Source: a virus. From it: a DNA stretch of 64,000 nt. Each line of letters starts with the position of its first letter. Position 1 is the stretch's first letter. Under the pieces are notes generated by a model, which saw only the letters and a list, made by a program, of their open reading frames with translations, was not told the DNA's origin and searched no databases. Made by a program: the position numbers and the translations under genes. The stretch covers positions 6,253-70,252 of the IMG/VR virus record IMGVR_UViG_3300009184_000041, one strand, 5' to 3'. Positions 50,351 through 58,745 of this stretch are shown piece after piece.

Positions 50351-51494
50351 TGATTTCCTTGATTAGGGTATTTAAACGGTCGGTCTTGCTGGCTTGAAAT
50401 AACTGCTGGTTGTGTTCAATGTCCGCACGACACAATTCAAACAGTTGTGGTAAATCTGGCTGAGTAAAAAATATAGATCGAGTCAATGCCTGCCAACGTT
50501 GTGTAGCATTGAGCTCCAAGTCATAACTGTTGTCCAACACTGAGTCAAACACACGATATCCCAGATCACGCAATACCTGTAGACTGCCCGCAGGGCCTGC
50601 AATAAAAAACATTTGTCCATGTTTGATGGGTTTGAACGTTTTTTCAGTTAAAAATGTTCCACTAGTACCAATGTCAAAGTGTGTTTCCATCACAATGTTG
50701 CAATAACTGTTGATATGATATTTGGATATCAGTGTGCTGTGATTGTTGCGTTGATCAAAATCCAGTTCATCACTGATGTAAGGTGCATGTTGTAAAAACT
50801 CTTCTGTGCGTGTGCGCAGTCTAGCAATAGAATCAATTTCAATAGCACACTCTGCATCTACAAATTCTCCAGTCTCGCAGTAACTCCAATACGAGTTATC
50901 TAGTATTCCGTTGTGTCGCAAATCTGCCATGGCCATGGCACGCCAACTCTTGTGCAGTCTGTTGAGCACAGTAAAGTCACGCTCTCTTGGGTTATGATGT
51001 ATCCTTAATGCAGGACTAGCACGATTGCGTTGATAGTACCAGAGTTCAAAGTCTGCAAAGTACACAAAGTTTGATAATTCTTTGGCAGCAGTATTGCCAC
51101 TAACAAATTTGTAACAGTTGTTGCGCAAATTATGTTTGGTGCATAATTCGTCTAATCTAGATTTGATATGGGACGGGTCATCGCCTTCGTGGTAGTAAAA
51201 TAACACACGCACATCATCAAAAAACAATCCGGCACGTATGCGTTCAGGCAAGAGTTCAAAGTAATCAATGCCGAAGTCGAAGAACCCCAATCCCACAGGA
51301 TACAATGCATCAGACGGCCATTCAGAATTGATGTCCGTGATGTTTAGTTCGACCCCATGAGCAACACAATATTCTTGCAGTCGCAAAGGCACAGTATAAG
51401 GATAATGCTGATCAAAGTCACGGCTTTGCGTTTGAGCCAGTGCAGGATATATCTTACCCCCGACTATTCGGTCCGCTATCAAATTCAATGTCAT
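50337..51494 (-). CDS. GT10-like (TEKTFKP family) putative glycosyltransferase, copy 4
   Basis: FTVLNR...SYCNIVMET...FLTEKTFKPIKHGQMF...LGYRVFDSVLDNSYD. Confidence 0.55.
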   Translation of the reverse strand: MTLNLIADRIVGGKIYPALAQTQSRDFDQHYPYTVPLRLQEYCVAHGVELNITDINSEWPSDALYPVGLGFFDFGIDYFELLPERIRAGLFFDDVRVLFYYHEGDDPSHIKSRLDELCTKHNLRNNCYKFVSGNTAAKELSNFVYFADFELWYYQRNRASPALRIHHNPRERDFTVLNRLHKSWRAMAMADLRHNGILDNSYWSYCETGEFVDAECAIEIDSIARLRTRTEEFLQHAPYISDELDFDQRNNHSTLISKYHINSYCNIVMETHFDIGTSGTFLTEKTFKPIKHGQMFFIAGPAGSLQVLRDLGYRVFDSVLDNSYDLELNATQRWQALTRSIFFTQPDLPQLFELCRADIEHNQQLFQASKTDRLNTLIKEINESH

Positions 51495-52641
51495 TTAACA
51501 TGCCCTGAAGTTCTTGCCATAATATTTGTTCAAACCCGCCGCCGTAAAAGTGATTCCAGTTGTGTTTGACAATGTCCCATGCGCTGTCAAATATGGCTTG
51601 ACGATATTCTCCCAACTCATCCAACAGTTTCAGCGTGTGCGCAATCTTTTCTATACGCTTTGAATCATCTGGTTCATCATCATAACTTTCGTCCCACAAG
51701 TCACCAAACGTTTGGAATCCATAACTGCGCAGATACCGCAAACTGCCTTGTGTGCCCACAATCACAAACGGCATACCCAGGGCAATGGGTTTGAATGTCT
51801 TTTCAGTCAAGTGGTGTCTGCGTCCTGTGGCCACAGTTTCGGTAACCAAGTATAACAGACTCTCAGCAGATTGGTCAAACAAACTGAGCCAACATGAATG
51901 CATGGGATGATCGGTTTCACCCTCAAAGTTTCGTGGCAATGATTGTTGGGCAAACACTGTTTCAATGTCAGGATACTTGTTTTTAAGAGGTTGTACAGCA
52001 TCTAGTATGGCAATGTTTTCTGCAGGGCACACAGCAGGGCATGACACGTGATTGTTGTGCATGCCTAATTTAAAAATCCAGTACAGCATTTCCAATCTAT
52101 GCTTGCGCTCTCCGGCCACAATGCGATTGGGTGCTAAAAAAGTACGAGTGATTTGTCGTTGTTTGGGCGGAGTAATTAAAAAAGTCTTGTCATATCCGCG
52201 ATACCAATCCAGTGCTGCCCAACCGTGAAAAAAATAATAGTAATGTTGCCAACCAAATTTTTTACACACTGTATCTACAGTGTCACTGTCACGTTCACTG
52301 GTAATAATTGCGCCGACTGTTCGATTGGTCTTTAAGGATTTGCTGTAGCCAGAATCTAAAGCCATCTGATTCAATTGATTGCGACGATCTATCACATTGT
52401 GTAAACTTTGATTTTTCACTACAACTTCTTCAAACGTAGGCATGTGTACGTTCAAATGAATAGGCTCTTGATCCCATAATAGTGTATAATTGTGTTCAAC
52501 TAGATCATCGCTGCCATAATTAACTAGACTGTCAGGATCTGTTCTACCAAAAGGTTCACACCACCATAATCTCACACCAGGGTGATGACGTTTGATCCAA
52601 GGCCAGATTGTGTTATCATAAATCTCATCTATTCTAAGCAT
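51454..52641 (-). CDS. GT10-like (TEKTFKP family) putative glycosyltransferase, copy 5
   Basis: FLAPNR...HR...SLLYLVTET...LTEKTFKPIALGMPF...GFQTFGDLWDESYD. Confidence 0.55.
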   Translation of the reverse strand: MLRIDEIYDNTIWPWIKRHHPGVRLWWCEPFGRTDPDSLVNYGSDDLVEHNYTLLWDQEPIHLNVHMPTFEEVVVKNQSLHNVIDRRNQLNQMALDSGYSKSLKTNRTVGAIITSERDSDTVDTVCKKFGWQHYYYFFHGWAALDWYRGYDKTFLITPPKQRQITRTFLAPNRIVAGERKHRLEMLYWIFKLGMHNNHVSCPAVCPAENIAILDAVQPLKNKYPDIETVFAQQSLPRNFEGETDHPMHSCWLSLFDQSAESLLYLVTETVATGRRHHLTEKTFKPIALGMPFVIVGTQGSLRYLRSYGFQTFGDLWDESYDDEPDDSKRIEKIAHTLKLLDELGEYRQAIFDSAWDIVKHNWNHFYGGGFEQILWQELQGMLNDIEFDSGPNSRG

Positions 52642-54643
52642 GTTTGACGTATTTTATTTTAGTGATGGGCGTAAGCCAAATTTGTTCCCACACGAGCGAT
52701 CGGTGGATTCCGTCCAGCATGCACAGAAGTTGAGCCGCACACGATTTTTCTGGATTGTCCATTACTTAGCGGATTACACAGACTGGGACTGGCTTTTTGA
52801 ACCCCTACCCTGGCAAGCAGATCAACGGCATGCCTGGGCCAGTCAATGGCAGTCAGATTCGGGCACATACCTTGTGCCATGTGCAGGCTATGAACACACA
52901 AACTATCACACAGATCGTGTCATAACAAGACTCAGCAGCCGTGATGGTTGGCACATACCCTCAAACATAGACACAGACAGTTTTGACTTTTCATGGCATC
53001 CTTTGCCCAGCGATCACTATCGGCATCACTTTCCCACACAATGGCAGACAGCAGGCGGACCTGTGTATAATTCGGGCGCTGACACAATCAAAATGGAAAC
53101 CGCCCAGTATGCAGTAGCAAGGCCTACCAAAAAGTGCTGGACTGTGCCTGCAGGAGTTGAACCTGTAGATCAGTCATGGCACCCAAATCCTTTTGATCCA
53201 CCCTACCGATATCAGTTCGGCACACAGCATCAACGCACTGGTGGCCCAGTTTACACTGTGCCTGGTGCAACAGAAGTAAAATATGTGGATCAGATACGTG
53301 CCACAACCAACAGAGTGGCCACTGCCGTATATGAAATAGATCACATGTGTGGGTCAGCAGGGCAAATATCTGGTACCACACGCACTGTGCGTTACTTTGA
53401 CAACTACAGAGATACCTTGATACGCATTGCCAAGAGCATAGGTACCGAACATGAGTTTGTGTGGGTATGCTCAAGTATTTGTGATTACACTGGCTTTGAT
53501 TTTTCGTGGCATCCTGAGCAATGGCAGGCCACAATGTTGCATGTGTTCCGATCTAACGATCAAAAGTTTGGTGATACATTCTTCATGCATGTGCCTACCT
53601 TTGCTGTGAGAGCAGAAAAGAAAGAACTGCTGGAATGGTATGACATAAACTTTGTTGACGTCAGTGTGCCACGCAATGCCATGCCTGTGATTGTGCATAG
53701 CGGTGACAGTCAAGTTGACGCTGTAAAGAACATAGAGTGGACAGGACCCTTGGCCACCTTTACCAACTACGATTACGTGCCCGGCGATCTTGTGACTGTG
53801 CCACTGTGGCGTGAACAAACCAAAGCCATTGTGCCCATCAGTGACGGTGCTGGCACAGTTGTAGTGCCACGTACCGCTGTGCCTTATATCAAAACACAGT
53901 TGTATGACTACGCTCATATAGACCGTACACAACGCCTGCTGAAAGATCCCCTGCTGGACATTGTGTTCATCAGCAATGGTGAAATAAATGCCGACATTTA
54001 CTTTGAACATTTGGAATACACAGCCCACGACGCAAATCATAAAAATCTCATGCATCATGTGTCGGGCGTGAATGGCCGTGTGGCAGCATATCAAGCGGCT
54101 GCCAGACAAAGCACTACGCCTTGGTTTTTTGCTGTGTTTGCCAAACTAGAAGTCACTAGAGATTTTGACTGGTCCTGGCAACCTGATCGCATGCAACAGC
54201 CCAAACACTATATTTTTCATGCACACAATCCTGTGAACGGATTGGTATATGGGCACCAAGCCATGATTGCTTACAACAAGCAGCTGGTGTTGGAGAATAC
54301 TGGGCAAGGATTAGACTTTACCTTGGACCAACCACATGAAGTTGTGCCCATTGTGTCGGGCACAGCCATGTATCATGATTCAGACTGGATGTGCTGGCGT
54401 ACTGCATTCCGTGAAGTGCTCAAGCTCATGAGTGGTCCGCCGGATGTAGAAAACGAATATCGTTTACAGCAATGGCTCCTGGTTGATACCACAGAAGGGC
54501 AATGGAGTCGCAAAGGTGCAGAAGATGGTGTGGAGTACTATGACTCAGTTGCGGGCGACTTTGCGGCGCTGAAAAAGAGTTATGAGTGGGAGTGGTTGGC
54601 CACGTATGCGTTTGTCAAACGGAATCTATTAACGAATCAATAA
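52640..54643 (+). CDS. Multi-domain GT-A-like protein, paralog of 34514..35440, with degenerate repeats
   Basis: C-terminal DIVFISNGE...SGVNGRVAAYQAAA...NGLVYGH...CWRTAFREVLKL; five (F/W)D(F/W/Q)SW.P-type motifs. Confidence 0.6.
   Translation: MFDVFYFSDGRKPNLFPHERSVDSVQHAQKLSRTRFFWIVHYLADYTDWDWLFEPLPWQADQRHAWASQWQSDSGTYLVPCAGYEHTNYHTDRVITRLSSRDGWHIPSNIDTDSFDFSWHPLPSDHYRHHFPTQWQTAGGPVYNSGADTIKMETAQYAVARPTKKCWTVPAGVEPVDQSWHPNPFDPPYRYQFGTQHQRTGGPVYTVPGATEVKYVDQIRATTNRVATAVYEIDHMCGSAGQISGTTRTVRYFDNYRDTLIRIAKSIGTEHEFVWVCSSICDYTGFDFSWHPEQWQATMLHVFRSNDQKFGDTFFMHVPTFAVRAEKKELLEWYDINFVDVSVPRNAMPVIVHSGDSQVDAVKNIEWTGPLATFTNYDYVPGDLVTVPLWREQTKAIVPISDGAGTVVVPRTAVPYIKTQLYDYAHIDRTQRLLKDPLLDIVFISNGEINADIYFEHLEYTAHDANHKNLMHHVSGVNGRVAAYQAAARQSTTPWFFAVFAKLEVTRDFDWSWQPDRMQQPKHYIFHAHNPVNGLVYGHQAMIAYNKQLVLENTGQGLDFTLDQPHEVVPIVSGTAMYHDSDWMCWRTAFREVLKLMSGPPDVENEYRLQQWLLVDTTEGQWSRKGAEDGVEYYDSVAGDFAALKKSYEWEWLATYAFVKRNLLTNQ
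52651..52679 (-). promoter_or_regulatory. Candidate sigma70 promoter, TTGGCT-17 bp-TAAAAT, inside the + strand gene
   Basis: On the - strand; -10 ends 9 nt before the ATG at 52641. Confidence 0.35.
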
Positions 54644-55712
54644 CATACTCAACTTCCAAGTCTGTCAGTTCAGGATAGATAGGAAGTGAAAGGCATCTAC
54701 GTGCCAGACTGCTGCCAGCACTTAGCAAATCCGGACACGGATAGTGTTGATATGCTGGCAATTCATGCATGGGTGTTGCATAGTGTACTCGGGTTTCAAC
54801 ACCACGCAAGGCAAGATTGCGTTGTAAGATGTCTCGATTGTCCGCATGGATCACAAACTTGTGAAAGCAATGTGTTTCAAAGTTTGAATCATCAATTAAA
54901 CAAGTGACATCTGGATGTTTTTTTAACATTTCCACCCAGTGATAAGCAATGGTGCGTCTGCGTTGTTGCCACTGATCAATGTAGCGAGTTTTTACCAACA
55001 TCTGCGCACAGTCAATCTCACTCATTCTGCTGTTGGTGCCTGTCTCAGCATGATTGGTACGCTTGCCATTGCTGACCCAGTTCCGAGCAAACTCCATCAA
55101 GTTGCGACTGGCAGTGACTATGGCACCACCATTGCCATAGTTGGCTAGATTTTTTGTGGGGTCAAAACTGATGGCGCAATCGCCCGCACGTTGACATTTG
55201 TTGCTGAGCCAATGTTGTGCACCATCTTCTATAATGGGATGAGTTAATGACCACACACTTTGTTTCATTTCGTTAAGTGCTTGACCATACAACCCCACAG
55301 CACAAATAGCTTGTATATCTGTGCTGTGCGCAAGTTTGGTCATGTCCATGATGCCATATTGATCGGTGTCCACAATGTGCAGGTTCCACCCTGCTCGAAC
55401 AAATGCGTTGAGGGTGGCTGGATACGTCAAGGTAGGTACAGCCACTGTAGGTGTGTCAGGTCGACCTGCTTGCAGCATGTGCCACTCAGCAATGATTTCC
55501 AAGGCCTGTGTGCCAGAGTGGCAGGTCACAGCGTAGGGTTGGTGGTTGCGACGAGCCAGCCAATCTTCAAATTCATAGGTATAGTTACCACTCATGAGTT
55601 GACCTGAACGCAACACAGTATCTGTTGCGTCCAAGACCTCGGTGCGGAGATTGTTATACTGTCGTCGGATTCCAATAAACGGAACTGTTAAGCCATTCAA
55701 TTTATTCTCCAA
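54615..55712 (-). CDS. DegT/DnrJ/EryC1/StrS PLP-dependent sugar aminotransferase
   Basis: HSGTQAL, IIEDGAQ, SFDPTKNL..YGNGG, GTNSRMSEI, SLPIYP. Confidence 0.9.
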   Translation of the reverse strand: MENKLNGLTVPFIGIRRQYNNLRTEVLDATDTVLRSGQLMSGNYTYEFEDWLARRNHQPYAVTCHSGTQALEIIAEWHMLQAGRPDTPTVAVPTLTYPATLNAFVRAGWNLHIVDTDQYGIMDMTKLAHSTDIQAICAVGLYGQALNEMKQSVWSLTHPIIEDGAQHWLSNKCQRAGDCAISFDPTKNLANYGNGGAIVTASRNLMEFARNWVSNGKRTNHAETGTNSRMSEIDCAQMLVKTRYIDQWQQRRRTIAYHWVEMLKKHPDVTCLIDDSNFETHCFHKFVIHADNRDILQRNLALRGVETRVHYATPMHELPAYQHYPCPDLLSAGSSLARRCLSLPIYPELTDLEVEYVIDSLIDSV

Positions 55713-56716
55713 AATACACCATTCTCTCCTCTGTTGGGGAATAAATCTTTAGGTGTATCTTCTCGGTGTACGTCTAGCGTAAAGCAATGCCAACCTCCGT
55801 CCCAGAAACTTCTAGTTCGTAGATCAAAAAAGTGAACGGTAATACCACGTTTGTCTAGCCATTGAGTCAAAGGAGGATAATCTTTCATAGCAACAACATT
55901 CTTTTCATCAAGCACTAACATATTAACTTCAAATACTGTTTCTCTAAAGTTACCTATCCAATTTTGTGCTACTGTTTGTAAATGTTGGTCAAATGCTTTA
56001 TTTCCGTCTATTGATAAGTCATTGGCCGTCCATTTTTTTGTATGTCGAAAATTATGTAAATTATTAGGAATTTTAAATACTTCCCATCCTGGAAAACTTT
56101 GACTATAGTCAGTTTTATAATGGGTTGATACAATCAGACCAGGCGACACCGGGCAGAAAACACCATCACTGTGTCCGTCGGTGTTGGATATGTTAACTCT
56201 ATATTTACGCCCAAGTTGATTAACTAGACACTCACAAACAAACCCCCAAACATGTTTGTGACTCTCAATATCTATAATTATATCTTTACCTAGTCTCACC
56301 AGTGCTGGTGGGTGTACACAATTTATAGGTTGATCTTTGGGTGTCAATACATCTAACCCCTGTTGTTGATAATACTCTAACCAATGATACCATGGATCAA
56401 TTTTTAAATTATTATGTAAACTATATAGAGTTTTGTCTAACACCAAGTAATCATCTCTTGGTGTTACTGGAGGCTTGGACAATGTACCATTATCATTGAT
56501 ATGATTATCAATGCTTGTAAACACAGGTCGTCTTACTACAATTCCTCTTGATTCTAAAAATGTCTGTAGCCGCCTGGTGTCTTCTTGAGTCCACGCAGTT
56601 ATTTGTCTAAATGGGTCAGCAATCTCGTTGGGCAAATGATCGTAATACGACTCTGGATAGCAGTCACCAAGCCATACTTCTCGAAGTGGTGTAAATCCAA
56701 AGTTCGAATTGATCAT
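55697..56716 (-). CDS. Amidinotransferase, copy 2
   Basis: PLREVWLG, TPRDD, GHSDGVF, WDGGWHCFT; AT-richer than copy 1. Confidence 0.85.
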   Translation of the reverse strand: MINSNFGFTPLREVWLGDCYPESYYDHLPNEIADPFRQITAWTQEDTRRLQTFLESRGIVVRRPVFTSIDNHINDNGTLSKPPVTPRDDYLVLDKTLYSLHNNLKIDPWYHWLEYYQQQGLDVLTPKDQPINCVHPPALVRLGKDIIIDIESHKHVWGFVCECLVNQLGRKYRVNISNTDGHSDGVFCPVSPGLIVSTHYKTDYSQSFPGWEVFKIPNNLHNFRHTKKWTANDLSIDGNKAFDQHLQTVAQNWIGNFRETVFEVNMLVLDEKNVVAMKDYPPLTQWLDKRGITVHFFDLRTRSFWDGGWHCFTLDVHREDTPKDLFPNRGENGVFWRIN

Positions 56717-57675
56717 TTGCCAGCCCAGTAAACGCTATTTGTAAGCCACTCATAATACTTTTGGAATCCTTGTTCTACGTCTACTTTGGGATCAAAACTC
56801 AAGATGGTTCTAGCTCGATCAATGTTTAATGCGCCACGGCTGGGAAAGTCTGCGTCCTTGTCACGCACTTCAATAGTGCCTTTGCCCACAATCTTCACAA
56901 TCATTTCTGCTGCTTCCAACAGACTCACTGAATGTGACTTGGTAATGTTGAATGTCATGTTGCGGCACATGATGCGTGTGGCGGCAGCAACAATGCCATC
57001 GGCAGCATCATCCACATAGGTAAAGTCTAAGGTTTCATTTGCTCCATTAACTCGGAGCACTCCGCCGCGCATTGCTGTGAGCATGAATTTGGCAACGACT
57101 CGGTCTTCAACATCAAGTGGCCCATAAACAGCACTGGGACGGATAATAACATACTCAAAGCCACAACGGCGACTATAATCTTTGACAAGGTCTTCTCCAC
57201 ATAGTTTCATTATTCCATACTGTCCTTGCGGACGGCATTCGTCATCTTCCAGCACTTGGTCTTCAAAGTCTCCGTACACCATACTGCTACTGATGTACAC
57301 AAATCGTTCAATCCGGTGTTTTTTGGCACTCTCAAGCAAGTTGATCAGGCCACGCATCATGACATCTGCGCCATGAGCAGGGTTGGCATTGACCACTTTC
57401 TGTCGGGGAAAACTGGCACAGTGGATAATAACTTTTGGCTGTTCTTTACCAATCACATAGTCCACAGCGTCTGTGTTTGTGATGTCTGTGTTGTACACAG
57501 GATGATTGTTGATCTTGGCCAAGCGTTCGGCCATCAAGTAGTTTATTTCTGCTTGTGGAATGATACCATAAGTGGTCTTGGTATCCATGATCATGGTTTT
57601 CTCACCACGTGCTTGTAGACGTTGTACTATGTTGTGACCAATAAGGCCAAGGCCGCCTGTTACTAAAAATGTCAT
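56713..57675 (-). CDS. NAD-dependent epimerase/dehydratase (extended SDR)
   Basis: TGGLGLIG, ISSSMVYG, YGIMK (YxxxK), RPSAVYGP, DFTYVDD. Confidence 0.88.
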   Translation of the reverse strand: MTFLVTGGLGLIGHNIVQRLQARGEKTMIMDTKTTYGIIPQAEINYLMAERLAKINNHPVYNTDITNTDAVDYVIGKEQPKVIIHCASFPRQKVVNANPAHGADVMMRGLINLLESAKKHRIERFVYISSSMVYGDFEDQVLEDDECRPQGQYGIMKLCGEDLVKDYSRRCGFEYVIIRPSAVYGPLDVEDRVVAKFMLTAMRGGVLRVNGANETLDFTYVDDAADGIVAAATRIMCRNMTFNITKSHSVSLLEAAEMIVKIVGKGTIEVRDKDADFPSRGALNIDRARTILSFDPKVDVEQGFQKYYEWLTNSVYWAGK

Positions 57676-58391
57676 ACTAGATTTCTTTCTTTTATAAATG
57701 GTACAATCACTTGTTCAACAAACAATTTGTGTTGTGGGTTGCTGGGATGGTAGTCATTAGGTACTGGGAATTCCAAGCCAGAATGATCTCTACACCATTC
57801 GTATTCTCCAATAACTGGCAAAAAATTTGTAAAATCAATTTCGTTATAAAGATGAGCAGTGTCGGCAAAAGTTTTTACATAGTCGGGTATAACCTCTCCA
57901 GTATACGTAGTCATAAAATATTTAATTCCGTGTTGTTTTAAAAACCACTGAGTACGTAGTATATGTTCAAGTGTATAAATCAATGACCCGGTCCGAGTGT
58001 GAAACTCTGTATAGTATAGTTTGGCATGATGCATTTTCCACCCATTATTCGCAATGGCCCAAGCACCCGGGCTATCTTTTATAAATTTTATGGGATTTTC
58101 CATCCACCCATCTTCTTTTAACACTTCAGGTACTCGTTGAACGTAGAAATCATGTCTATCGGGACCCGACCACATGATGCCCACCAATATGTCTTCAACG
58201 GCAGTGTGTTTCAATGTCTCTGTGACTTGATATATCACTCTGCGACTGATCAAGCCATTTCCCTGACTGCCCATTGCTGTGCTGATATGTTCATAGTCAG
58301 GCAGTGTAATGGCAAGGTGTTTAGGCCAAGTTTTAGCCCATGGACTCTTACATTCGCTAAAACTGCACCCGCCTGTGATCAAAGTTTTCAT
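57672..58391 (-). CDS. SGNH/GDSL-like hydrolase or acyltransferase
   Basis: GGCSFS (block I), GSQGN, DYHPS (block V); AT-rich. Confidence 0.6.
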   Translation of the reverse strand: MKTLITGGCSFSECKSPWAKTWPKHLAITLPDYEHISTAMGSQGNGLISRRVIYQVTETLKHTAVEDILVGIMWSGPDRHDFYVQRVPEVLKEDGWMENPIKFIKDSPGAWAIANNGWKMHHAKLYYTEFHTRTGSLIYTLEHILRTQWFLKQHGIKYFMTTYTGEVIPDYVKTFADTAHLYNEIDFTNFLPVIGEYEWCRDHSGLEFPVPNDYHPSNPQHKLFVEQVIVPFIKERNLV

Positions 58392-58711
58392 TTGAATTTC
58401 AACCTAAAAAATGTTTGATTGGGTTCACTAAGTCGGGCCATGATTCGATATCGATGACCGTAACTGCTGTGATCTGCTTGACGTATCCAATAAGGTGATT
58501 CCACAGCATGAGCCATCACAAACTGGCCTGCTTCACTTTCTTGCCATTCCCAAATTGGCTGTGCCGCATACAAGTCTGGATCTTCAACATCGCCCATGGT
58601 GAACTCATACACACAGACGTCACTAAAACGCACTACCTGGTCATCGACGATTTTGTATTCTGGGTCTTGGTATTGTTTGTATTCAGAGTATTGATTGCGT
58701 GTTGTTGACAT
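58388..58711 (-). CDS. Hypothetical protein (107 aa)
   Basis: FTMGDVEDPDLYAA...FFRLKFK; first gene after the promoter. Confidence 0.7.
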   Translation of the reverse strand: MSTTRNQYSEYKQYQDPEYKIVDDQVVRFSDVCVYEFTMGDVEDPDLYAAQPIWEWQESEAGQFVMAHAVESPYWIRQADHSSYGHRYRIMARLSEPNQTFFRLKFK

Positions 58712-58716
58712 GCAAC

Positions 58717-58745
58717 ATTGTAACAGATTACTCTGCTAATGTCGA
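58717..58745 (-). promoter_or_regulatory. Sigma70-type promoter, TCGACA-17 bp-TACAAT, with extended -10 TG
   Basis: - strand reads tcgaca ttagcagagtaatctgt tacaat gttgc ATG. Confidence 0.65.

Noticed and set aside
53471-54109. 212-aa ORF on the - strand that would keep the operon on one strand
   Set aside because: Non-protein-like composition; the + strand ORF has clear paralogy to 34514..35440.
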